Below, piece by piece: positions 34,504 through 42,358 of a DNA stretch of 62,686 nt. Under the pieces are notes generated by a model. It did no database searches. It saw nothing but the letters and a program-made list of their open reading frames with translations, and had not been told where the DNA came from. Position numbers and translations under genes: made by a program. Numbering within the stretch: the stretch's first letter is position 1; each line of letters opens with the position of its first letter. Origin of the DNA: Armatimonadota bacterium (GTDB lineage Bacteria; Armatimonadota; Zipacnadia; JAUWAU01; JBHIEF01); contig JBHIEF010000001.1 in NCBI GenBank assembly GCA_046760465.1, positions 1 to 62,686 of the forward strand, written 5' to 3'.

Positions 34504-35928
34504 ATGGTCAGGCAAGGCTTGCCGTTGGTCGGGCTGATCGCCCTTGGCCTGCCGGTCACGGCCACGGGCGGGGAGCCCGTACGAGAGCATAAGCTGAGGT
34601 ACCGCGTGGCGCCTGCCCCAGCCACGCTGGCGGAGTTCTACGCGCTGGGCAAGATGGGTCTACAAGAGCGTGCGCGCCCGGAGGACGTCAAGCACCCGGA
34701 GTATGAGTCGGACAACCCCGTGTTCGTTCAGGTCCCCGTGCCGGGATCGGATCGCGTCCGCTGGGCCGTGTTGGACACAGTGGCCAGTGGGGCGGAGACA
34801 GAGACCGACGGAGACTCCGAACCTGGCCCGAGCCTTGGATTGTACTCGTCCGTTTGGATGGGCGACATATCGGAACAGGCGCCGATCCCAGATCGGTTGT
34901 ACTTCGACTCGGATGGCGACAACGACCTCACTGACGAGAGGCCGCTCGGGGGCCGCCCCGTGGTCTCCGATTCGGATGCGACCGTGCCCCGCTACATGGT
35001 CTTCCCGGCGACTGCGATCGGGGCTGTACTCGAAGGCAAGAGGCTCCCCTACCACATCCGCATCGCGGCGCCGCGCCGGTATCCGATGCGGCTGCTCCGG
35101 TCCTTCAGCGGCGCGATCGAGGTGCCGGCTTACGCGGTGAGCTCGTGCTATTACGAGGGGCGGATACGACTCGGGGGCAGGGCCGTTCGAGTGGCAGTCC
35201 TGGACGCGAACTCCGACGGGCGCTTCGATGCTCGTGGCTACCTGCCGGAGGGTGGAGCTTACCCCACACGCGGCGACACCCTCATCGTCTCTGAGCGGGC
35301 GGGGCGGCCGATTAGGCCATACAAGGCGGGCGCCGACGAGCGCCAGATGCTGGGGCGGTACCTCGCCTTCGGCGGCGAGTACTACCAGATCCAGGTGGCA
35401 CCCGGCGGAACTCCCGTGGGGGTCTACGCCGAGAAGGCGAAGGTGGGAGTCATAGCGGCGAGCCAGGCGGATGCGGACGTCCGGTTGGCCAATGCCGATG
35501 GCGTGCTGGACCTTCGGGTGGACACAGAGGGGGTGCGCGTACCCGCCGGCAGCTACCACATGCTCTCGTGCGCGCTGCGCCGGACGGATGGCGACGACCG
35601 CGAGTGGGCGCTCGCGTGCCGGCCGGCTAGCTCGGAAGCCACCACGGTTGAGGTGACGGCCGGCGCGACTGCCCCGATCCCCGCCGGACCGCCGCTGTTG
35701 TGGTCGCTGGCTGTGGACACGGAGCAACGAGTGGCCGTCGGTGGTACGGTCGCGCCGGGAGGCGAGGGGACGGCACCAGCGGTTGGTCTCTCGCTGCGGC
35801 TGGCCGCTCAGGGTGGCATGCGGGTGACCGGCATCACCGTCAACGGCAAGCGGCCGTCGGAGCCGAAGCTCAGGATCAAGGACGCGACGGGCAAGGTCGT
35901 GCACGAGGCCGCGTTCCACTACGGTTGA
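34504..35928 (+). CDS. Secreted hypothetical protein; the reading frame may continue through TGA 35926..35928 to TAG 36058..36060
   Basis: The ATG is at 34504 and the signal peptide is MVRQGLPLVGLIALGLPVTATG. Asp-rich loops are DSDGDNDLTDE and LDANSDGRFD. No family recognised. The annotated stop falls inside what reads as a beta-rich domain (see finding at 35917..36060). Confidence 0.65.
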   Translation: MVRQGLPLVGLIALGLPVTATGGEPVREHKLRYRVAPAPATLAEFYALGKMGLQERARPEDVKHPEYESDNPVFVQVPVPGSDRVRWAVLDTVASGAETETDGDSEPGPSLGLYSSVWMGDISEQAPIPDRLYFDSDGDNDLTDERPLGGRPVVSDSDATVPRYMVFPATAIGAVLEGKRLPYHIRIAAPRRYPMRLLRSFSGAIEVPAYAVSSCYYEGRIRLGGRAVRVAVLDANSDGRFDARGYLPEGGAYPTRGDTLIVSERAGRPIRPYKAGADERQMLGRYLAFGGEYYQIQVAPGGTPVGVYAEKAKVGVIAASQADADVRLANADGVLDLRVDTEGVRVPAGSYHMLSCALRRTDGDDREWALACRPASSEATTVEVTAGATAPIPAGPPLLWSLAVDTEQRVAVGGTVAPGGEGTAPAVGLSLRLAAQGGMRVTGITVNGKRPSEPKLRIKDATGKVVHEAAFHYG

Positions 35929-35935
35929 GGGTTCA

Positions 35936-35965
35936 CTTGCCGGTACTCATGGGGAGTACCGCAAG
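35936..35965 (+). promoter_or_regulatory. Bulged 12-bp RNA hairpin beginning 8 nt after the TGA at 35926: SECIS-like element or terminator-type hairpin
   Basis: Read directly: CUUG(C)CGGUACUC-AUGGG-GAGUACCGCAAG. The upper 8-bp stem pairs 35941..35948 with 35954..35961. The lower 4 bp pair 35936..35939 with 35962..35965, with C35940 bulged. The loop AUGGG contains GGG. No U-tract follows. Confidence 0.3.
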
Positions 35966-36092
35966 GGCTGGCTGGAACGTTCCACGTTGACGTCGAGTTC
36001 GACTTCGGGCCCTTCGAGGTGAAGGCCGCGGACGATACGACGCGCCAGTTCGAGCTGTAGGCGTGGCCGAGGTTGTGTGCGGCGGGCGACGG

Positions 36093-37109
36093 CTACGCCA
36101 CCAGCCGCTCCACCAACAGGTCCTCGAACGCTTCTAGGTCCCTCCAGTCCATCGCGCAGTGGATTGTGCGCTGCCCGTCATCTACCACCGTGCGACCGTC
36201 ATCGGTCACGCGAAGCGGAAGGTCTTCCATGACCAGCAGGTCCTGCGAGAACGCCAGGTAGACGGCTACAGTGTCGAACAGCGTCGTGCTTCCCTTCGTC
36301 GTGTCCGGACGCCGTCTGAGCCACGTGGGCTTCCAGATGCGGTAGTTCTCCATCAGTGCCTGGATGGTGGGGTGGTCGCACTGGTACACCTTCTGGTACT
36401 TCTCGCCGCGGAGCTTGACGCGGTCGCACGTGTCGAGGGGGGTGATGGTACAGTCCCAGGGCGCCGCGAAGACGGCCCGCAGTGCCTGCGGGTCGGCCCT
36501 CACGTTGGCTTCGGCCCTGGGTTGGCTGCCCTCACCGTAGCCGCGTCGGATTGAACCGTGCATGCCCACGAACCGGGCGTTGCTGACGATGCTCGGGTCC
36601 CGCTCGAGCGCGGCCCTGAGGTTCGGCACGCCGCCGATGCAGACGATTGTGACGGGGTCGGGCGATGCCTTGACCGTGTCCACGATTGCGCCTACGCCGT
36701 CCTCATGAATGGTCCCGGGATAGTGGTCGAGCGAGTAGCCCTCGATCCAGTCGCTCTGGTGGCCGTGGTTGTCGCCCGGTGGGATGCCCACGGCGATGGG
36801 AATGTCGGTGCGCTTGAAGACCTCGAGCATCTTGGCGAGAATCCGCGCGCGGTATGTTGTGTTGCCCGCATCCGAGGCGACGAGCTTCACGTCTAGCTCC
36901 GGGCACTTGAGCAACATGCACAGCGCCCACGTATCGTCAATGTCGCCGCCGATGTCGGTGTCGAAGATGACTGGGATCTTCTTCCCCCGTTTGAGCAAGC
37001 CGAAAGTGTCGGCCGCCGTCGGGTGTGCCGTCTCGGCGCCATGTGCTCCCGCAGCCAGCGCAGCGGCTCCCGTAGCCGTCTTCACGAACGTCCTCCTTGA
37101 CATGCTCAT
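36093..37109 (-). CDS. Tat-exported inosine/uridine-preferring-type nucleoside hydrolase
   Basis: ORF 36093..37262 (GTG start in the track) trimmed to ATG 37109..37107. The leader is MSMSRRTFVKTATGAAALAAGAHG. The family hallmark VIFDTDIGGDIDDTWAL (DxDxxxDD) is present. Confidence 0.9.
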   Translation of the reverse strand: MSMSRRTFVKTATGAAALAAGAHGAETAHPTAADTFGLLKRGKKIPVIFDTDIGGDIDDTWALCMLLKCPELDVKLVASDAGNTTYRARILAKMLEVFKRTDIPIAVGIPPGDNHGHQSDWIEGYSLDHYPGTIHEDGVGAIVDTVKASPDPVTIVCIGGVPNLRAALERDPSIVSNARFVGMHGSIRRGYGEGSQPRAEANVRADPQALRAVFAAPWDCTITPLDTCDRVKLRGEKYQKVYQCDHPTIQALMENYRIWKPTWLRRRPDTTKGSTTLFDTVAVYLAFSQDLLVMEDLPLRVTDDGRTVVDDGQRTIHCAMDWRDLEAFEDLLVERLVA

Positions 37110-37117
37110 GGCTATCT

Positions 37118-37137
37118 CACCTCTGAATGGAGAGGTG
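37118..37137 (-). promoter_or_regulatory. 7-bp hairpin pairing the Shine-Dalgarno of the nucleoside hydrolase gene with an upstream CACCUCU anti-SD-like arm
   Basis: The minus-strand mRNA reads CACCUCU-ccauuc-AGAGGUG-agauagcc-AUG. The arms are 37131..37137 and 37118..37124, and the GAGGUG lies 8 nt upstream of the ATG at 37109. Seen directly; function is inferred. Confidence 0.3.
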
Positions 37138-37348
37138 TTCGCCGGGCGCACACGGCATCCTCCAGGCGACCGACCGGCCAGGGCGCTCCTGTGACACCCC
37201 TCCGTGGCGCCCTGTGAGCCTGGCGACACCAGGCCATCGCGGAACGGAGGAGCTATGGACACGGCGGCGAAGGGCGCCCACAGCGGGAGGCAGTGTAGCG
37301 GTTGCGTAACTCAGTCGAGGGCAGACTCCGTCACGGGAGGATAGAGCT

Positions 37349-40300
37349 GTGAAGAACATAGCCAGGATGATGTTCGTGCTGGCGATGATAGGCACATCTC
37401 TGTTGGCCGTTGGCCTGTTGTGGCCGGCGGAAGATCCCCATGCCGCGTTAGCGACGCAGATTCTCGAGGCTACAGGCGTCAAGGGCGGCCTGGTGGTACA
37501 CATCGGCTGTGGGGATGGAAGGCTTACGGCCGCTCTGTGTCCTGACGATGGCTATGTCGTCCACGGCCTGGACCCCGACCCGAGGAGCATCGCAGCAGCC
37601 CGGGAGCACATCCGGTCGCGCGGCCTGTACGGCCAGGTGTCAGTACGGCAATGGGAGGAGAAGAGCCTCCCTTACACGGACAACCTGGTCAACCTCGTCG
37701 TCTGGGAGAAGCCCGGCAAGGTGTCCATGCAGGAGGTGCGCCGCGTGCTGGCACCCGACGGCGTGGCCTACATCAAGTTGGGCCGTAGGTGGACCAAGAC
37801 CGTCAAGCCGCGCCCGGAGGACATTGATGAGTGGACGCACTACCTGCATGGGCCCGATGGTAATCCGGTCGCCCAGGATCGCGTGGTGGGCCCGCCCAAG
37901 CACTACCAGTGGACGTCCGGCCCCATGTGGCAGCGATCCCACGAGACTGATTCCAGTATCAGCACGCTCGTCACCTCGGGCGGCCGGCTCTTCTACATTG
38001 TGGATGAGGCGCCGATCAGCCTAGCGGGGGACCATCCCCTTCCCGACAAGTGGTTTCTCGCGGCGAGGGACGCGTTCAACGGCATCCCGCTCTGGAAGGT
38101 GCGCATTCCAAGGTGGGGATGGCGAGAGTGGAAGGACACGTGGTTCAACACCCGCCCCGGCGACATCCCGCTCAACATACAGAAGAGGCTGGTTGCTGCC
38201 GGGGACAGCCTGTACGCGACGCTCGGGTATCGCGCACCCGTCTCCGAGCTCGACGCGCGCACCGGAGAAGTGCTGAGGACGTACCGGGGCACTGAGCGGA
38301 CCGGCGAGATCCTCTACGTGGACGGCGTGTTAGTGCTCTCCGTCCTCACCGGAGACCAGGCCAAGGTCATGGCTGTGGATGCCGCGACGGGGAAGCAGAG
38401 GTGGGTAACGGAAAGCGCCTACTCGGGGACGACGGTGGACTACGTCAAGTGGACTACGCAGTATGGCAAGACCAAGCCTCCGCAGCTCGACCCCTCGCTG
38501 AATGCCGCCACGGACGGCAACAGCGTGGCGTTCATAGACGGGCCCGACATTGTCTGCCTCGACTTCCGGACGGGCGCGGAGAAGTGGCGGTCTCGATTCC
38601 CGGCAGAGGAAGCGGATCGGCGTGCCGGCGGCATACAGTCGCAGGGCAATCTGTGGATCGGCACTATGATCGTGCACGACGGGGTGGTCATACACGCCAG
38701 CCCCAACAAGCTCGGCGCGCTGTCCGCCGACACGGGCGAGCTGCTCTGGACGCAGCCGAAGAAGTACATCGGCCATCTGTGGTACGAGTGGAAGGACGTA
38801 TTCGTCATAGACGGGCTGGTCTGGACCTGGAGCGCGGAGCTTGACGAGACGACCTTCGAGATCGGCGGCGGCCGGAAGCAGCGCGAATTGTGGCCCCGGT
38901 CGGTGAATGGGTACGACCTCAAGACCGGTGCGCTGGTGAGGGAAGTGCCACTCGGGCCCATCTTCAAGGCCCACCACCATCACCGGTGCTACCGGAACAA
39001 GGCGACGGTGCGGTACATTCTGGCCAGCAGGCGCGGAACTGAGTACGTTGACCTGGAAGAAGGCAAGCACACAGTGCACAACTGGGTCAGGGGTACGTGC
39101 CACGTGGGGATGATGCCGGCCAATGGCCTCCAATACGCCCCGCCACACCCCTGCGTGTGCTACATAGAGGAGAAGCTCAGCGGGATGAACGCGCTTGCTC
39201 CTGAAAAGCCCGGCGACTACCGGACGGAGAAAGCCAGAGGAGCGCCGCAGGCCGAGCGTGGCAGCGCGTACGGGAAGGTGCAGGGCCCAGGACCCAGCGA
39301 GGAGGATTGGCCGACCTTCCGTCACGACTCGATGCGGACTGGATCGGCCAACACGCTTGTGCCGGACGGATTGGCTCCCCTGTGGCGCGTACGCATTGGC
39401 CGCACTGTATCCCCGCCGATTGTCGTGTCCGGCAGGCTCTTCGCCTCGCTCGTTGACGAGCATCACGTCGTCTGCCTGAACGTCCGCGACGGGAGCAAGC
39501 TGTGGGAGTACGCTGCGGGAGGCCGGATCGATTCGCCGCCCACGTACTATCGGGGCAGCGTCGTTTTCGGCTCGGCGGACGGATGGGTCTACTGCCTACG
39601 GGCGGCCGATGGGCAGTTGGTGTGGCGCTTCCGCGCGGCGCCGGAGGAGAGGCTCATCGGTGCCTTCGGCCAACTGGAGTCGGCCTGGCCCGTCCACGGC
39701 AGCGTGCTCGTGCAGAACGGCACGGCGTACTTCGCCGCGGGACGGTCGTCCCAACTCGACGGCGGCATCCACATGTACGGCCTCGACGCGTCCACCGGCG
39801 GAGTGCTCCACTACGCGAACTTGAGGGGGCCGCACTACACGGTTGACAACATCGAAGAGAACTTCAGACTGCCCCTGGGGGCGCTGCCGGACATCCTGAT
39901 GGGAGATGGTTCCACGATCTACATGCGTTCCCAGGCGTTCAACGCGGAGTTGGAGCGCAAGACCGGGAAGCCGGCACTCCAGACCAGAAGCGGCTTCCTG
40001 GAGGACAGCTACTTCAAACGGACGCCTTGGACGTTCGGCGCGGGCGGCAACTACGCCCGGCTCATCGTCCACGACAGCCGGTCGGTCTACTATGTACGCA
40101 TGTTCGACAGCCTGCGCGGTCTCGACCCAACTGTGTTCTTCACTCCCGCCAGCAAGGGATACCTGCTCTTCGCGAAGAGCGTGCAGGAGGGTCGCGATGC
40201 ATGGTCGAGGAGAGTCCCAGTGCGGATACGGGCGATGGCCCTGACGGCGGGGCGTCTGCTTGTGGCTGGCCCGCCGGACGTGGTAGATCCGGAGGATCCG

Positions 40301-40480
40301 CTGGGCGCGTTCGAGGGCAGGAAGGGCGGGCTGCTGTACGTCCTGGACTCGGCCTCAGGCGAGAAGCTCGCGGAGCATCCGCTTCCGTTCCCGCCGGTGT
40401 TCAACGGCGCGGCGGCGGCCAACGGGCGTCTCTACATTGCGGAGGAGGACGGCAGCATCACCTGCTTCGGGAAGCAGTAG
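37349..40480 (+). CDS. Giant protein: N-terminal anchor + class I methyltransferase-like domain + PQQ/BamB-type beta-propeller repeats (paralogue of 30933..34283)
   Basis: The GTG start at 37349 has GGGAGG 8 nt upstream. The anchor is MKNIARMMFVLAMIGTSLLAVGLL. It carries GGLVVHIGCGDGRLTAAL, VHGLDPD and LPYTDNLVNLVV. The protein is collinear with the paralogue along its whole length, for example HHHRCYRNKAT in both and RVPVRIRAM versus LPVRVRAM near the C-terminus. Confidence 0.85.
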   Translation: MKNIARMMFVLAMIGTSLLAVGLLWPAEDPHAALATQILEATGVKGGLVVHIGCGDGRLTAALCPDDGYVVHGLDPDPRSIAAAREHIRSRGLYGQVSVRQWEEKSLPYTDNLVNLVVWEKPGKVSMQEVRRVLAPDGVAYIKLGRRWTKTVKPRPEDIDEWTHYLHGPDGNPVAQDRVVGPPKHYQWTSGPMWQRSHETDSSISTLVTSGGRLFYIVDEAPISLAGDHPLPDKWFLAARDAFNGIPLWKVRIPRWGWREWKDTWFNTRPGDIPLNIQKRLVAAGDSLYATLGYRAPVSELDARTGEVLRTYRGTERTGEILYVDGVLVLSVLTGDQAKVMAVDAATGKQRWVTESAYSGTTVDYVKWTTQYGKTKPPQLDPSLNAATDGNSVAFIDGPDIVCLDFRTGAEKWRSRFPAEEADRRAGGIQSQGNLWIGTMIVHDGVVIHASPNKLGALSADTGELLWTQPKKYIGHLWYEWKDVFVIDGLVWTWSAELDETTFEIGGGRKQRELWPRSVNGYDLKTGALVREVPLGPIFKAHHHHRCYRNKATVRYILASRRGTEYVDLEEGKHTVHNWVRGTCHVGMMPANGLQYAPPHPCVCYIEEKLSGMNALAPEKPGDYRTEKARGAPQAERGSAYGKVQGPGPSEEDWPTFRHDSMRTGSANTLVPDGLAPLWRVRIGRTVSPPIVVSGRLFASLVDEHHVVCLNVRDGSKLWEYAAGGRIDSPPTYYRGSVVFGSADGWVYCLRAADGQLVWRFRAAPEERLIGAFGQLESAWPVHGSVLVQNGTAYFAAGRSSQLDGGIHMYGLDASTGGVLHYANLRGPHYTVDNIEENFRLPLGALPDILMGDGSTIYMRSQAFNAELERKTGKPALQTRSGFLEDSYFKRTPWTFGAGGNYARLIVHDSRSVYYVRMFDSLRGLDPTVFFTPASKGYLLFAKSVQEGRDAWSRRVPVRIRAMALTAGRLLVAGPPDVVDPEDPLGAFEGRKGGLLYVLDSASGEKLAEHPLPFPPVFNGAAAANGRLYIAEEDGSITCFGKQ

Positions 40481-40586
40481 GACTGCACGCCCGGTAGGCG
40501 CTGCGCACACGGGAATGCCCCCTGGGACCGGGCTCTCTCCAACGGCTCCCTGCGGGGCCGTATGGCGTCAAGGTCAATCAACGGAA

Positions 40587-40631
40587 CGTCTCCTCCGTCA
40601 GATCGGGCCATCCCGGGCGACGGAGGTGGCG
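40587..40631. repeat. Composite imperfect hairpin (8-bp perfect core, 4-bp outer extension, nested 4-bp apical stem) in a 410-nt intergenic gap
   Basis: The core cctccgtc (40592..40599) pairs with gacggagg (40619..40626). The outer cgtc pairs with ggcg with one U.U mismatch and one G.U pair. The inner cggg-ccat-cccg lies at 40604..40615. It sits about 105 nt downstream of the 37349..40480 stop and about 260 nt upstream of the molybdoenzyme start. Confidence 0.7.
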
Positions 40632-40890
40632 GGGCGACTGTTGTCGTCTCGTACTCATGCCTTGCCGCAGGGCTCATCGTGGCCGTGTCGGACTTGCCGG
40701 CCACCATCATCCCCCGCCCCCCGGCCTCCCTTGCCTCCCGCGACGAGGATGGGATCGAGCTGAGGGCGAAGGCTGCCTGCGGGTGGGCGTGGATAGCCGT
40801 CTCACGAAGCGAGGGCTGCGGTGCATGACCGTACTTCGCATTCGGCATCATCCTGTCGAGTTGCACAGACGTTCACACGGAGAAGCAGCT

Positions 40891-42141
40891 ATGACCGAGA
40901 TGAAACGACTGCTGGCCGAGCACGGTGAAGTGACCCGCCGGTACTTCCTCAAGCTTGGAGCGGGCGCACTGGCGATCCGTGGCTTACCTCTGCTCAGCGC
41001 GGCGCCGGCGCCCGAGTTGGCGCAGGCTGTGAGCCAGTTGGAATACCTGACGCCTGAGGAGAAGTTCGGCAACGTCGGCCGTGGGGATCCGCCTCCGCAC
41101 GAGCTGTCTCCGGAGCAACGGCGCGCGGTTGGCCTCACTCGCGACACATGGCAGCTTGAGGTGGTGCCCGACCCAGAGACCGATGCCAACGTGGAGCGCC
41201 CCCTCTCCAAAGAGCGCGGCACGGCACTGACCTGGACGGACCTGATGGAGCTAGCCAAGGAGCATGCGGTCAGCTACATGCATGTGATGACCTGCCTCAA
41301 TGGCAACCAGCCGCTGGGGATGGGTCTGTGGGAGGGCGTGCCGCTGCGAGTGGTGGTCTGGCTGGCGCGACCGGTCGAGAACGTCCGTCGGGTCTTCTTC
41401 CACGGCTACCACCACGATGACCCTAAGCAGCTCTTCGAGAGCTCGCTGCCGATCGGCCGAGTGCTGGAGGAGCCGCCCGGCATGCTGCCGGTGCTCCTCT
41501 GCTACAAGCTCAATGGAGAGTGGCTGTCCCCGAAACGAGGGGCGCCGGTGCGCATGCTGGTGCCAGACGCTTACGGGTTCAAGTCGGTTAAGTGGCTGAC
41601 CCGAGTCGTGGTCTCCAACCTGTTCCACGCGAATGACACCTACGCGCGGTGGAACAACGACATAGACTCCTCGCTAAAGACGTTTGCCCGCTTTGTCTCA
41701 TACCCCCGGACGGCTCGGTCCGGACAGGCCCTTCCGGTGACGGGCCTGGCCCAGGTGGGCGTCTCGGGCTTGGCGCGGGTGCAGGTGTGGCTGCACCCGC
41801 AGGGCGCCGCGCTGCCGCCGGACGACCCCTACCTTGCCAAAGCTGACTGGCGGGACGCTGAGATCCTGCCGCCGCCCGATCAGTGGGGAGGCGGCCTGCC
41901 GGAGGGCCGACTGCCCAGCACGCCAACCGGGTTCGACGAAGCCACAGGGGAGCCACGGACGTGGCCGATGCGGTTCGCGGTCGCCCACTGGGCAATCCTC
42001 ATGCCGGGCATGCCGGCGGGCACGTACGACCTGCGCTGCCGCGCCATAGACCTGAACGGGCACGCTCAGCCCATGCCGCGCCCCTTCCCGAAGTCTGGTC
42101 GGAACGCGATCCAACGAGTGACCGTGCGCGTCGAGGCATGA
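40891..42141 (+). CDS. Tat-exported molybdopterin-dependent oxidoreductase of the sulfite-oxidase (SUOX/YedY-like) fold
   Basis: ORF 40657..42141 trimmed to ATG 40891, with a GGAGA-type RBS upstream. The leader is EVTRRYFLKLGAGALAIRGL. Motifs read: HVMTCLNGNQPLG (candidate Mo-ligand Cys), WEGVPLRVVVWLA, LLCYKLNGEWLSPKRGAPVRMLVPDAYGFKSVKWL. Confidence 0.85.
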   Translation: MTEMKRLLAEHGEVTRRYFLKLGAGALAIRGLPLLSAAPAPELAQAVSQLEYLTPEEKFGNVGRGDPPPHELSPEQRRAVGLTRDTWQLEVVPDPETDANVERPLSKERGTALTWTDLMELAKEHAVSYMHVMTCLNGNQPLGMGLWEGVPLRVVVWLARPVENVRRVFFHGYHHDDPKQLFESSLPIGRVLEEPPGMLPVLLCYKLNGEWLSPKRGAPVRMLVPDAYGFKSVKWLTRVVVSNLFHANDTYARWNNDIDSSLKTFARFVSYPRTARSGQALPVTGLAQVGVSGLARVQVWLHPQGAALPPDDPYLAKADWRDAEILPPPDQWGGGLPEGRLPSTPTGFDEATGEPRTWPMRFAVAHWAILMPGMPAGTYDLRCRAIDLNGHAQPMPRPFPKSGRNAIQRVTVRVEA

Positions 42142-42358
42142 ACCGCTCTGCCGGCCAAGTGGCCATGGCCTCGCCATAAGCCCCCTGTTTGGGCTTCGGG
42201 CGGATCCAGCGCAGGGAAGCCATCCCGACTCGGCGAAGACGCCCGCAGGCAAGGGCTCTGCCAAGCGGCACCGAGCATCGCGCCACGGGTGGACCGGGCT
42301 CCGACCCAGTCCGGGAACTCCATCACACATGCCGAGCACGCATCGGAGAGGTCGTCAC

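Noticed and set aside
34660-39466. Minus-strand ORFs 34660..35919 (419 aa) and 38330..39466 (378 aa)
   Set aside because: They are antisense shadows of the secreted hypothetical gene and of the second methyltransferase-like/PQQ gene. No motifs are present.
40562-40828. 88-aa plus-strand ORF (and 144-aa minus-strand ORF 40432..40866) inside the 410-nt gap
   Set aside because: Neither has a convincing RBS. Codon-position GC is mixed, and the translations are Pro/Gly/Ser-rich. I cannot support either as a gene.
40481-40890. Moco riboswitch upstream of the molybdoenzyme gene
   Set aside because: The context is attractive. However, I could not match the region to the conserved Moco-motif core from memory. 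Only a generic nested hairpin is supportable, so I left it as a finding to be tested with Infernal.
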